Positions 18,893 through 28,839 are shown, numbered from the stretch's first letter. The stretch is 64,000 nt of DNA from Spirochaetia bacterium (GCA_963677595.1 OY782041.1:2816001-2880000); one strand, 5' to 3'. The notes: generated by a model not told the origin, from the sequence alone. Translations and numbers: made by a program.

Positions 18893-20053
18893 ATGGGACT
18901 ACAGATAGATAGGAGCAACAGGAAGCAGATGGACCTGCTCTTCATTGGACTGCTGGCCGTGATCACGGCCATTCTCTTCATGCTGCCGATCGGTGTCAAG
19001 TCAGGCAGTACCAAGGGCGAGAATGTCCGGGTCCGTGTCCTTGAGGTCGACAATACCAATGTCGAGCAGTACGGGCTCGTGAAGACGGGGAACCAGTCGG
19101 TCTTCGTCGAGATCCTCAGCGGGGCCCACAAGGGCGAGCAGCTCAAAGGAGCCAACCTGCTGGTAGGGAAGCTCGAGCTCGATACCATCTATACTGAAGG
19201 GAACAAGGCCCTTGGCGTCGTCTATACCGATACAGAAGGGAATCCGAGGACGGTGACCATCGTAGGGCTCTACCGGGTCAATGCGGAGATCGCCCTTCTC
19301 GGGGTATTCATCCTCTTCCTCTTTCTCTTCGCCGGGCGCATCGGGGTGAAGGCGGTTATATCGTTCGCCTTCTCCGGGGTCATGATCCTCAAAGTGATGC
19401 TCCCGCTCTTCCTGCTCGGGATCGATCCCTTCCTTGTCGCTCTTGCTGTGGTGCTGATCCTCTCGGCGGTCATCCTCTTCCTGGTCGGGGACTTCTCCCG
19501 CAAGGGGCTTGCTGCCTTCCTTGGGACCTTCTCCGGGGTGCTGATCACCTGCATCATGGCGATCATCTTCGGGCGGGCCTTCCATATAAGCGGTGCGGTC
19601 AAGCCGTTCTCGGAGACCCTGCTCTACTCGGGCTATGCCCACCTCAACCTGACGAGGATCTTCCTCTCGAGTATCTTCATCGCCGCTTCCGGTGCACTCA
19701 TGGATATATCGATGGATGTGGCTTCCGCCATGGAGGAGGTCCAGTACCACCATCCCCGGATCTCCCGCGGCAAGCTCATCCTCTCGGGGTTCAGGGTAGG
19801 GCGATCGGTCGTCGGGACGATGACGACCACCCTGCTGCTCGCCTATTCGAGCAACTACATGGCACTGCTCATGGTCTTCATGGCACAGGGGACTCCCGGG
19901 ATCCAGATCCTCAACCTGAGTTATGTCGCAGCTGAGTTCCTCAATACCATCGTCGGCTCCTTCGGCCTTGTCGCCACGGCGCCGCTGACGGCCCTGGTCG
20001 CAGGGTTCCTCTATACGGAAAAGAAGCCCGGTCCGCATGAGAGCAGACCCTGA
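18893..20053 (+). CDS. YibE/F family membrane protein
   Basis: GALMDISMDVASAM and GTMTTTLLLAY; multiple TM segments. Confidence 0.85.
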   Translation: MGLQIDRSNRKQMDLLFIGLLAVITAILFMLPIGVKSGSTKGENVRVRVLEVDNTNVEQYGLVKTGNQSVFVEILSGAHKGEQLKGANLLVGKLELDTIYTEGNKALGVVYTDTEGNPRTVTIVGLYRVNAEIALLGVFILFLFLFAGRIGVKAVISFAFSGVMILKVMLPLFLLGIDPFLVALAVVLILSAVILFLVGDFSRKGLAAFLGTFSGVLITCIMAIIFGRAFHISGAVKPFSETLLYSGYAHLNLTRIFLSSIFIAASGALMDISMDVASAMEEVQYHHPRISRGKLILSGFRVGRSVVGTMTTTLLLAYSSNYMALLMVFMAQGTPGIQILNLSYVAAEFLNTIVGSFGLVATAPLTALVAGFLYTEKKPGPHESRP

Positions 20054-20095
20054 CCTGCGGTCAGTCGGAAAGATCAGGAATACACCAGAAAAACA

Positions 20096-20149
20096 TTGAC
20101 AACTGACGTACTGCGGAAGTACAATGCGAGATGATGAAAGTGCTTTCAT
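20096..20149 (+). promoter_or_regulatory. Promoter plus LacI-type operator
   Basis: TTGACA(20096)-18-TACAAT(20120); ATGAAAG-TG-CTTTCAT (20134-20149). Confidence 0.75.
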
Positions 20150-20177
20150 TCTACTGTTGTGCAGTGTTGGAGAATAT

Positions 20178-21176
20178 ATGAACAAAGTCCCCACGATCTA
20201 TGAAGTGGCCCAGAAGGCCGGGGTGAGCATCACCACGGTCTCACGGTTCCTCAACAACCCCGATAAGGTAGCCCCGAAGACGCGGGTGAGGATCGAGGAA
20301 GCCATGAAGGAGCTCGAGTTCGTCCCGAAGGCGGATGCCGTGGCGAGGGCACGCCAGGGGGCGAAACGGATCGGGATCCTGACCCCCTTCCTCACCGCCC
20401 AGTCGTTCGTGGAACGCCTTGACGGGATCCATGAGGTGCTCAAGCCCCTCGGGTACGAACAGGTCACCTATGTAGTGGACTCGGTTCGACAGTTGCACGG
20501 GTACCTCTCGATGCTGCCGGTGAGCGGCAGGATCGACGGGCTCATCGTCATGGCGCTTCCCCTTACCGACGGTGATGTCGAATCCTTCGCCTCCCACAAC
20601 ATCCCCATCGTGGGGATCGAGGTGGAACACCCGAAGATCTCAAGCATCACCATCGATGACCGCCGCGGGGGCGGTCTTGCGGCAAGCTACCTGGCAGGCA
20701 GGGGATACCGTCAGATGGGGTTCTTGGGGGAGGGCGGGGAACCGCACTACTCGCTCCATGCCACCGACAGGCGGCTCGAGGGGTTCCGGGACAAGCTCCA
20801 GGTCCTCGGCCTGCCGATGGATGAGGAGCATGTCTGCTTCCACCCCTACGGGATGGATGAGACGATCGCCGCGGCGAAAGTCCTGCTTGCGGGGAAATAC
20901 CGGCCCGATGCGCTCTTCTGTGCCTCTGACTTCCAGGCTGTCGGGGTGATCAAGGCCGCGAAGGCCCTGGGGATCGCCATCCCGGAGGAGCTTGGGGTGC
21001 TCGGCTTCGATGATACCCTCATCGCCGATTATATGGAGATCAGTACGATCAGGCAGTCCCTGCGGAGGTCGGGGGAGAAGGCAGCCGGAATGATCATCGA
21101 CCGGATCAGGGACCCCGGCTGCGGGCAGCTGCAGATCGGGCTGAATCTGAATATCGTGGAACGGCACACCACTTAG
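20178..21176 (+). CDS. LacI-family regulator
   Basis: TIYEVAQKAGVSITTVSRFLN HTH and VLGFDD; ATG 20178 with GGAG. Confidence 0.93.
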   Translation: MNKVPTIYEVAQKAGVSITTVSRFLNNPDKVAPKTRVRIEEAMKELEFVPKADAVARARQGAKRIGILTPFLTAQSFVERLDGIHEVLKPLGYEQVTYVVDSVRQLHGYLSMLPVSGRIDGLIVMALPLTDGDVESFASHNIPIVGIEVEHPKISSITIDDRRGGGLAASYLAGRGYRQMGFLGEGGEPHYSLHATDRRLEGFRDKLQVLGLPMDEEHVCFHPYGMDETIAAAKVLLAGKYRPDALFCASDFQAVGVIKAAKALGIAIPEELGVLGFDDTLIADYMEISTIRQSLRRSGEKAAGMIIDRIRDPGCGQLQIGLNLNIVERHTT

Positions 21177-21181
21177 GAGCG

Positions 21182-23095
21182 ATGATGGAGCGATATGAGA
21201 TCATGGGACGGGCGATCGGGAGAATCACCCCGGAAGAGAGCAACCCTCTCTGGGAGGAGTTCGAGAAGCGCTGCAGGGTCTATAGTGCGGAGCTCTATGC
21301 ACGCCTGTTCGAGCTCTACGGGCAGGAAGAGGGGTTCCTCTACCTGCTCGAAGACCTGCTCTCCGATGCCTGGGAGTCGTTCCGTGAGCGGAGCAGTTCC
21401 CTCCATGCGTATGACCGGGCCCATGCCGCCGATGATATGTGGTATGCATCCCATGAGACGGTGGGAGGGGTCCTCTATGTGGGGCTCTTTGCCGGGGACC
21501 TCACCGGGCTGCTGGACCACATCGACTATATCGAGGGGCTCGGGATCAACGTGATCCACCTCATGCCGCTCTTCAGGACGGCAGAGGGTGAGAGTGACGG
21601 CGGATATGCCGTGTCGAGCTACCGTGAGACCGACCCGGCCCTCGGTTCCATGGAGGACCTGAGACAGGTCATCTCCGCCTTCCATGGGCGGGGGATCTCC
21701 GTCATGATCGATTTCATCCTCAACCATACGTCAGAAGAACATACCTGGGCCCGGAAGGCCATTGCCGGGGAGCAGCAATATCGCGACTACTACTTCCTCT
21801 TCCCCGACCGGTACGAGCCGGACCAGTACCAGTGGAGCCTCAGGGACATCTTCCCCGAGGTCCGACAGGGCAGCTTCACCTGGCATGAGGAGTGCCGCTC
21901 CTGGGTCTGGACTACTTTCAACTCCTACCAGTGGGACCTCAACTACCAGAACCCCGATGTCTTCCGTGCCATGGCCGGCGAGATGATGTTCCTGGCGAAC
22001 GTTGGGGTCGATGTGCTCCGGTTCGATGCCATAGCCTTCACCTGGAAGGAGAAGGGGACCTCCTGCGAGGGGCTGCCGAAGGCACATACCCTCGTCCGGG
22101 CCTTCAGGGCCCTTGCGAGGATCTGTGCCCCGAGCATGGCCTTCCTCTCCGAGGCGATCGTTGCCCCCACGGAGGTGCTCTCCTACATCTCACGGGATGA
22201 GTGTGAGCTCTCCTACAACCCGCTGACCATGGCCACGGGCTGGGAAGCCCTTGCCACGAGGGACGTGAGGCTGCTGAGGAGATCTCTCCAGGACCGGTAC
22301 CGGCTTCCTTCCGGCTGCTCCTGGATCAACTACATCCGCTGTCATGATGACATCGGGTGGACCTTCGACGACGGGGATGCCTGGTCGCTCGGGATCGACC
22401 CGAAGGGGCACCGGGGCTTCCTCAATGACTTCTATACCGGGAGGTTCCCCGGGAGTTTCGCCTGCGGGCTCCCGTTCCAGGAGAACCTCATCACCGGAGA
22501 CTGCAGGATCTCCGGCACCGCTGCTTCCCTGGCAGGGTTGGAGAAGGGGCTGCTCTACCATGACGAGGAGGAGATCACCTTCGCGATCCGGAAGCTGCTG
22601 CTGCTGCACGGGATAGCCTCCACGCTGGGAGGGATCCCCCTGCTCTACCTGGGGGATGAGAAGGGGCAGCTCAACGACTACTCCTATCGTGACGACCCGG
22701 ATAAGGCTGATGACTCACGCTGGGTGCACCGGATCGCGGCCTGCTGGGATGAGGAGTGCGAGGATATCCTGCAGCGCGAGAGCGCACAGGAGATCTACGC
22801 TCTCATCCGGGGGCTCTATTCCCTGCGTAAACGGCTGCCGGTCCTCTCATCCGGGGACCTCAAGGTCTTGAGCAACCCCTCACGTCACATCCTCTCGTTC
22901 ACCAGAAGAGAGGGCAGCACACAGGTGACGGTGATCGCCCACTTCTCGGACCATGAGAACTCCCTCGAGACCGAGGGGATCCTTGACCAGCGGAAGCTCT
23001 ACCGGGACCTGCTGACCGGGGAGGTCATCACGGCCTACAGCTTGGTTGGCCCTTGGCAATTCCTGATCGTGGAGGAGCATGAAGATGAAGAGTGA
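21182..23095 (+). CDS. GH13 amylosucrase/sucrose hydrolase-like glycosidase
   Basis: SDGGYAVS, WVWTTFNSYQWDLNY, RFDAIAF, SEAIV and RCHDDIGW. Confidence 0.88.
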   Translation: MMERYEIMGRAIGRITPEESNPLWEEFEKRCRVYSAELYARLFELYGQEEGFLYLLEDLLSDAWESFRERSSSLHAYDRAHAADDMWYASHETVGGVLYVGLFAGDLTGLLDHIDYIEGLGINVIHLMPLFRTAEGESDGGYAVSSYRETDPALGSMEDLRQVISAFHGRGISVMIDFILNHTSEEHTWARKAIAGEQQYRDYYFLFPDRYEPDQYQWSLRDIFPEVRQGSFTWHEECRSWVWTTFNSYQWDLNYQNPDVFRAMAGEMMFLANVGVDVLRFDAIAFTWKEKGTSCEGLPKAHTLVRAFRALARICAPSMAFLSEAIVAPTEVLSYISRDECELSYNPLTMATGWEALATRDVRLLRRSLQDRYRLPSGCSWINYIRCHDDIGWTFDDGDAWSLGIDPKGHRGFLNDFYTGRFPGSFACGLPFQENLITGDCRISGTAASLAGLEKGLLYHDEEEITFAIRKLLLLHGIASTLGGIPLLYLGDEKGQLNDYSYRDDPDKADDSRWVHRIAACWDEECEDILQRESAQEIYALIRGLYSLRKRLPVLSSGDLKVLSNPSRHILSFTRREGSTQVTVIAHFSDHENSLETEGILDQRKLYRDLLTGEVITAYSLVGPWQFLIVEEHEDEE

Positions 23096-25988
23096 CTGGG
23101 TATTGACCGAGGAGGGGTTCGACCCCTCACGGACCGGGAGACGGGAGAGTCTCTTCTCCCTGGGGAACGGGTATCTCGGGTTCCGCGGCTTCTATGAGGA
23201 GCAGCTTCCCTCCTACCACCGGGGTATCTTCATCAACGGGTTCTACGACCTGGAGGAGATCGTCTACGGCGAGGAGGCCTATGGGTTCCCGAAGGTGAAC
23301 CAGAAGATGATCGATCTCCCCGACCTCAGGGGATTCTCCATCATGGTTGACGGGGAACGGCTGAACCTCGCCGAGGGGAAGGTCCACTCCTGCAGCAGGA
23401 CCCTTGATCTCCGTGAGGGGGTGATCCGTCGAAGGGTGGACTGGGAGAGTGAGTTCTCCTCACGGGTCGTCCTCACAAGCGAGTTCACTGTCTCCTATAC
23501 CAACAAGCACCTTGCGGCAGTGCGGCTTACCGTAGAGCCGGTACGGTGCAACCGCCTCGAGGTGATCTCATCAGTCAGCATGCCCGCAGCACCTGCGGCC
23601 GATCCCTCGGACCCACGGGTCGGGAAGGGGAGACATGCCCACCTGGAGATGACCGGCATCTCCTGCGGGGAGCATACCCTGGCGGCCTCCTTCCGGGCAG
23701 TCGGCAGTGACCTGAAGCTTGCCTGTGGTGCCGTCCTGACTGACATCTCCTGTGATGAGGAGCTCATCGAGCGGGAGGAGTATCCTGAGATCGTGCTCTC
23801 CTCTGAGTTCGGCAGGCCGGTCTCCTGCACCAAGTACTGCTTCTATACCCATGACACGGAAGAAGAGGCAGCTTCAGCGGCACTGAAGGAGCTGATGGAA
23901 GGGGTGGAACCTCTCTGGTTCGATACCCTGGCTGCAGGCCAGAAGGAGACGCTCTCCGGGTTCTGGGAGACCTCATCTGTCGAGATCCCCGATGATCCGC
24001 ATCTGGAGAAGAGCATTCGGTTCAATCTCTTCGGGCTCTACCAGTCGGTCGGGAAGGACGGGAGAAGCTCGCTCGCCGCAAAGGGGCTGACCGGTGCCGG
24101 TTATGAGGGACACTACTTCTGGGATACCGAGATCTACGGGATGCCCTTCTTTACCTATACCCGCCCGCAGATAGCGAGGAGCCTCCTGGCCTACCGCATC
24201 AGCACCATCCCCGAGGCTCGGAAGCGGGCTGCCGAGATGCGGCAGAAGGGGATCCTCTTTCCCTGGCGGACGATCGACGGGCGGGAGGCGTCAGCCTACT
24301 TCCCCGCAGGTACTGCCCAGTACCATATAAACGCAGATATCGCATACAGCCTGGTGACCTATCTCGAGGTGACCGGCGATGATGCTATCCTCGCCGAGGG
24401 CGGGGCTGAGCTGCTCTTCGAGACTGCCCGGTTCTGGTATGACCTCGGGTTCTTCAACCCGAGGAGGAAGGGGGCCTTCTGCATCCATGAGGTCACCGGT
24501 CCCGATGAGTACACGGCCTTGGTGAACAACAACCTCTACACCAACCTCATGGCGCAGTTCAACCTCAGGAAGGCTGCCGGGATCTACCGGGAGTACCCCG
24601 GGCTCGGGGAGAGCCTCGGGTTTACCCCTGAGGAGGCAGGCGGGTGGGATACGGCTGCGCACCTGATGTATATCCCGTATGACCGGGAGACCGGGCTCCA
24701 CCCGCAGGATGACCAGTTCCTCGACCGTGAGCGGTGGGACTTCGCCTCCTACCCGGCAGACGGCTACCCGCTGCTCCTCCACTGCCATCCGCTGGTGATC
24801 TACCGGTACCAGGTACTCAAGCAGGCTGATGTCGTGCTGGCCCACCTCCTGCTGCCCGATGCCTTCCCGCTCTATGAGCGACGGCGGGACTTCTCCTATT
24901 ACGAGGAGTTGACAACCGGTGACAGCTCGCTCTCTGCCTGCATCCAGGGGATCATCGCGACCGAGGTCGGGCAGTTGGATACCGGCTACCGGTACCTGCG
25001 CCGGACTGCCCTCGTGGACCTGGATGACCTCCAGGGCAATACGAAGGACGGGCTCCATACCGCCTCGATGGGTGGGTCCTGGATGGCCCTGGTCTACGGC
25101 CTGGCGGGGCTGCGCTGGAGGGATGGGCATCTTTCCTTCGCACCGAAGGTCTATGAAGAGCTTACCTCCTACGGCTTCATGATCCAGTCGGCAGGGGTAC
25201 TGCTCCATGTCACGGTGAATGAAGGGGAGACGACCTATACCGCGACCGGCGGGAGCCTGGGTATCATGCACCATGGGAAGGCCCTGCGTATTACCGAAGG
25301 GAGCCCCGTCACGGTAGGGACTACCCCATCGCTGCAAGCGGTGGTCTTCGACCTCGACGGGGTGATCACCTCCACCGACGGGCTTCACTTCCAGGCATGG
25401 AAACAGCTCGCAGACGAGGAGGGGTGGGCCTTCGACCGTGAAACGAATGAGCACCTGCGCGGGGTCTCGAGGAAGGAATCCCTGCTGATCATCACCGGGC
25501 ACAACGGGATCGAACTCACTGATGAGGCTCAGATACGATTGTTCACCGACCGGAAGAACGCTACCTACCGGGAACTGCTGAAAGGGATCACGCCAGCGGA
25601 TCTGCTCCCCGGGTTCGTACGGCTTGCTGAGGAACTCAAAGGTCGGGGTATCCTGATCGGGATCGCCTCGGCGAGCAGGAACGCCCCCTACATCCTGGAG
25701 CGGCTCGGGATCGGGGAGCTCATCGATGCCCTCGTGCCGGCCGCGGAGGTCTCGGTCGGCAAGCCCGACCCCGAGGTTTTCCTCCGGTGTGCCGACATGC
25801 TCGGGGTCTCCCCGCTTTCCTGTGCGGCAATAGAGGATGCGAAGGCAGGCATCGAGGCGATCAAGGCTGCCGGGATGCACTCGATCGGGATAGGGGAGGC
25901 TGCGAAAGAGGCTGAGATGCCGGTGGGAGACCTCACGGAGGTCTCGTATGGGAGGATCAGCTCTCTCTGGGGGGATCAGGTCCAGTAG
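23079..25988 (+). CDS. GH65 disaccharide phosphorylase fused to a beta-phosphoglucomutase (HAD) domain
   Basis: KGLTG..YEGHYFWDTE, GPDEY and KQAD; C-terminal FDLDGVI, KPDPE and IEDA. Confidence 0.92.
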   Translation: MKMKSDWVLTEEGFDPSRTGRRESLFSLGNGYLGFRGFYEEQLPSYHRGIFINGFYDLEEIVYGEEAYGFPKVNQKMIDLPDLRGFSIMVDGERLNLAEGKVHSCSRTLDLREGVIRRRVDWESEFSSRVVLTSEFTVSYTNKHLAAVRLTVEPVRCNRLEVISSVSMPAAPAADPSDPRVGKGRHAHLEMTGISCGEHTLAASFRAVGSDLKLACGAVLTDISCDEELIEREEYPEIVLSSEFGRPVSCTKYCFYTHDTEEEAASAALKELMEGVEPLWFDTLAAGQKETLSGFWETSSVEIPDDPHLEKSIRFNLFGLYQSVGKDGRSSLAAKGLTGAGYEGHYFWDTEIYGMPFFTYTRPQIARSLLAYRISTIPEARKRAAEMRQKGILFPWRTIDGREASAYFPAGTAQYHINADIAYSLVTYLEVTGDDAILAEGGAELLFETARFWYDLGFFNPRRKGAFCIHEVTGPDEYTALVNNNLYTNLMAQFNLRKAAGIYREYPGLGESLGFTPEEAGGWDTAAHLMYIPYDRETGLHPQDDQFLDRERWDFASYPADGYPLLLHCHPLVIYRYQVLKQADVVLAHLLLPDAFPLYERRRDFSYYEELTTGDSSLSACIQGIIATEVGQLDTGYRYLRRTALVDLDDLQGNTKDGLHTASMGGSWMALVYGLAGLRWRDGHLSFAPKVYEELTSYGFMIQSAGVLLHVTVNEGETTYTATGGSLGIMHHGKALRITEGSPVTVGTTPSLQAVVFDLDGVITSTDGLHFQAWKQLADEEGWAFDRETNEHLRGVSRKESLLIITGHNGIELTDEAQIRLFTDRKNATYRELLKGITPADLLPGFVRLAEELKGRGILIGIASASRNAPYILERLGIGELIDALVPAAEVSVGKPDPEVFLRCADMLGVSPLSCAAIEDAKAGIEAIKAAGMHSIGIGEAAKEAEMPVGDLTEVSYGRISSLWGDQVQ

Positions 25989-25996
25989 TCCCTGCT
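25976..25996 (-). repeat. Displaced copy of the 3' end of the DUF523/1722 gene (repeat of 26483-26503)
   Basis: AGC AGG GAC TAC TGG ACC TGA (SRDYWT*) vs ACC AGA GAC TAC TGG GCC TAA (TRDYWA*), 17/21 identical. Confidence 0.75.
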
Positions 25997-26009
25997 ACAA
26001 TCTTCTTCA

Positions 26010-26315
26010 TCAGACCGCTATCCCTTCAGTCGCTATCGTATGCTCGAGGGTGCCATGCAGTTCTTTTCGATCCTCAAAATCCACAGCTTTGATAACCAGT
26101 ACATCTAGTGCCATGTTGATATATTTCCTTGCCTCGACACGAACCTGATAGGCTATCTCAAAGGGGTCTCCATATTCAGGGGGTATCACGACACAGAGGT
26201 CAAGGTCACTGTCGGCTGAGGCAGATCCATCAGCTTGAGACCCAAAGACAAAGAACTGCATCTCAGGGAAGCTGTTATGTATCTGTTCCACAGCTGAACG
26301 TATTGTGTCATTCAC
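26010..26315 (-). CDS. Minimal nucleotidyltransferase (MNT antitoxin-like), orphan
   Basis: GS-X10-DLD motif; AGGAGG RBS; lower GC than flanks. Confidence 0.87.
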   Translation of the reverse strand: MNDTIRSAVEQIHNSFPEMQFFVFGSQADGSASADSDLDLCVVIPPEYGDPFEIAYQVRVEARKYINMALDVLVIKAVDFEDRKELHGTLEHTIATEGIAV

Positions 26316-26482
26316 TTCTGATCCTCCTTATTGCTTTCGTCCCATGTAGGTATGAATATGCCGTCAAGTAGTACGAAGACAACCTCTTAATCCAATATAT
26401 CAAATATCCCTATGTATTCATAGTTTCAATCCGGTAGATCTCTTAGGCCAACATACTCTCCCATCATCACAGATCTGTCTTT

Positions 26483-27385
26483 TTAGGCCCAGTAGTCTCT
26501 GGTGAAGTCCGGTTCTGCACCTTCTTTGAGGGCTTCTGGATAGGGGGCGAAGAGACTCTGGTCCTCGAAGCCCTTCCCGAGGAGCTCGAAGCGGAGCACC
26601 TCGATGCAGCTCTCCTCAGAGATACGGTTGGCTGCATAGTCATTCACTGCAGCGGAGAACTCAGCCGGATGGCTGACGATGGGGATGAGTTCCCGGAAGA
26701 ACGCGGCGACCGTTTTTGGGTTGGGCGGGTGGGCTATGACTCTCCTAAGCAGTGATTCATACTCCGCGGAATCGGGATCCGTATCATCGAGCGGGGGGAA
26801 GAGGCTGTGGTCATGCTTCATGATGAGCAGTCGGTTCTTTCGGTGGAATTCCTGCAGGCTGTGGTCTTCCTTGTGCTCCCTGAATGAGGCGAGGAGGAAG
26901 ACCCGCAGGAGGAAGTAGTGGCGTACCTTCCGGTAGGAGAACCTGCCGTACTCCTCGATGGGGTATCCCCGGAAGCGTCTGGTGACCTCGTCTGCGAAGA
27001 GGAGGCTGCAGGACTCGGTCACGGGGATGGCCCTGCTCCCTGAGTACACGGTTGCCTTGTGGGATCGGGCAGGACGGTTCACACCCTGGAGGATGAAGCC
27101 GTCGACCGGCTTCAGGCTGTCGAGGTACCTCCTGGAAAGCTCGCTGATCCGTTCGGTCAGGTCGATCCCGGTCCCCGGGTCGATCAGCCGCAGCGTATCC
27201 CCGTCACGGGTGAGCTTCAGCGGTTGGGCAGGAAGGTCTCCTCCCGCCTCGAGGACGGGACAGATGCTCCTGAACTCGACATAGGGCTCGAGTTCCCTGA
27301 TGATCCGTGACGTGGAACGATCCAGGACAATATCCTGTCCCAGACAGGCACTCGTACAGATGACGGGCTTCCCGAACGTGGACAT
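26483..27385 (-). CDS. DUF523/DUF1722 (YbgA/TudS-like) protein, divergent
   Basis: SACLG, ICP, DGFIL, PIEEYGR and LFAPYPEAL; ATG 27385 with AGGAGG. Confidence 0.75.
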   Translation of the reverse strand: MSTFGKPVICTSACLGQDIVLDRSTSRIIRELEPYVEFRSICPVLEAGGDLPAQPLKLTRDGDTLRLIDPGTGIDLTERISELSRRYLDSLKPVDGFILQGVNRPARSHKATVYSGSRAIPVTESCSLLFADEVTRRFRGYPIEEYGRFSYRKVRHYFLLRVFLLASFREHKEDHSLQEFHRKNRLLIMKHDHSLFPPLDDTDPDSAEYESLLRRVIAHPPNPKTVAAFFRELIPIVSHPAEFSAAVNDYAANRISEESCIEVLRFELLGKGFEDQSLFAPYPEALKEGAEPDFTRDYWA

Positions 27386-27408
27386 CAGCTCCTCCTTGGA
27401 AAGGCCTG

Positions 27409-28131
27409 CTACAGGGTCCCCTCCTGGTACCTTCTCCTGCATTCATCGAGGATCGCGACGGTAGAGGTCGTCCCGACACGGGATACCCCGACCTTCCTCA
27501 TCAGCAGGAGGTCGTCCAGGGTCCTGATCCCCCCGGCTGCCTTGATCTTCGTCGGGGGTTTGACGAACTCCTTCATGATCTCAAGATCCATGAGGGTAGC
27601 CCCCTTGTAGGCATAATACCCGTTCGGCTGCTTCAGGAACCCGTAGCCGGTGGAGGTCTTCACATAGGGGACTTCCAGTTCGCTGCAGATCTTGCACAGC
27701 TCGATGATCTCCTCCTCCCCGAGATAATCGTTCTCGAAGATGATCTTGAGCAGTACACCGTGTTCCCTGGAGAGCTCGAGGACCGAGTTCACCTCGTACT
27801 CGATGAAGTCCCAGTTCTCGCCCAGGGCCTTGCCGGTGTTGATGACCATGTCGATCTCCTCGGCACCGTCGGCGATCGCCTGACGGGCTTCCTCGACCTT
27901 GACACGGGTGTCACAGTTCCCGTGGGGGAAGGAGACGACCGTTCCGACCTTCACGGTGGAACCCTTGAGGATGGAGACCGCGATGGGCAGCGCATAGGGT
28001 TTGATGCAGACAGAGGCGGTCCGGTACAACAGGGCCGTCTCGCACCCTTTGAGCAGCTGGTCATCGGTGAGGATCGGGTGGAGCAGGGAATGGTCGATCA
28101 TTCCCGCGATATCGTCGTATGTAAGTGCCAT
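27409..28131 (-). CDS. deoC: Deoxyribose-phosphate aldolase
   Basis: IDHSLL, EIDMVIN, VKTSTG and KAAGGIR. Confidence 0.93.
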   Translation of the reverse strand: MALTYDDIAGMIDHSLLHPILTDDQLLKGCETALLYRTASVCIKPYALPIAVSILKGSTVKVGTVVSFPHGNCDTRVKVEEARQAIADGAEEIDMVINTGKALGENWDFIEYEVNSVLELSREHGVLLKIIFENDYLGEEEIIELCKICSELEVPYVKTSTGYGFLKQPNGYYAYKGATLMDLEIMKEFVKPPTKIKAAGGIRTLDDLLLMRKVGVSRVGTTSTVAILDECRRRYQEGTL

Positions 28132-28180
28132 AGGTTTACCCTCCTGATAGGACATTATACCATAAGCAGCCTGCTTGTCA

Positions 28181-28675
28181 TCAGGATTTGAGGAATTGTC
28201 TGTCCCCGTACCGGCGATGGAGGATCAGTTCCACATAGTCATGGGGGAGGTCCGTCATGGTGACGATCTCCTCAAGGTTCTTCCCACGGTCATGGAGACG
28301 GAGGATGACCTTCTCCATCGTCTCGCCGACTTCGATGAGGTGCTTGTCCGGGTCGAAGCAGCGGAAGATCTGCTGGTTCCAGGGCTGCATCTCGATCTCG
28401 TTCTGGAAGGCAACGCCGGCCTTCTCCAGCCTGGAGAAGTCGTCGATGATGTCATCGGTCTCGAAATAGATCCCGGAACGGTGGTCCGAGAGGTTCAGCA
28501 CCACCGATTTCCCGGTGGTCCGCTGGTAGTGTTCAGCATCATGGATGGCGAGTCCCCCCTCGAAGGTGACATGGTGCTTGAAGTCATGGACGACCTTCAG
28601 ACCAATCTGGTCGCAGTAGAACCGCTTCGATCGCTGGATATCGGAGACAAGCAGTATGGTATGTCTGTATCTCAT
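28181..28675 (-). CDS. Glyoxalase/VOC family protein
   Basis: LLVSDIQRSKRFY and PWNQQIFRCFDPDKHLIEVGE. Confidence 0.85.
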   Translation of the reverse strand: MRYRHTILLVSDIQRSKRFYCDQIGLKVVHDFKHHVTFEGGLAIHDAEHYQRTTGKSVVLNLSDHRSGIYFETDDIIDDFSRLEKAGVAFQNEIEMQPWNQQIFRCFDPDKHLIEVGETMEKVILRLHDRGKNLEEIVTMTDLPHDYVELILHRRYGDRQFLKS

Positions 28676-28839
28676 CTTCTGTATACCTCCCTGTAATACA
28701 TTACTATAAAACTAATATATAGGGCATGACCCCTGCAAGCAAGGAAAATCGACTCTGCAGGCAGGTGATTCGCCCGGCTCTATGCACGTTCAGTCCCTCT
28801 ATAGTATACTCTGAAACGATCATACGTGGAGGATATTTT

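Noticed and set aside
26360-26470. Possible DUF4160 fragment (YEYIGIFDI) upstream of the MNT
   Set aside because: Only about 9 residues with stops; not distinguishable from chance by eye.
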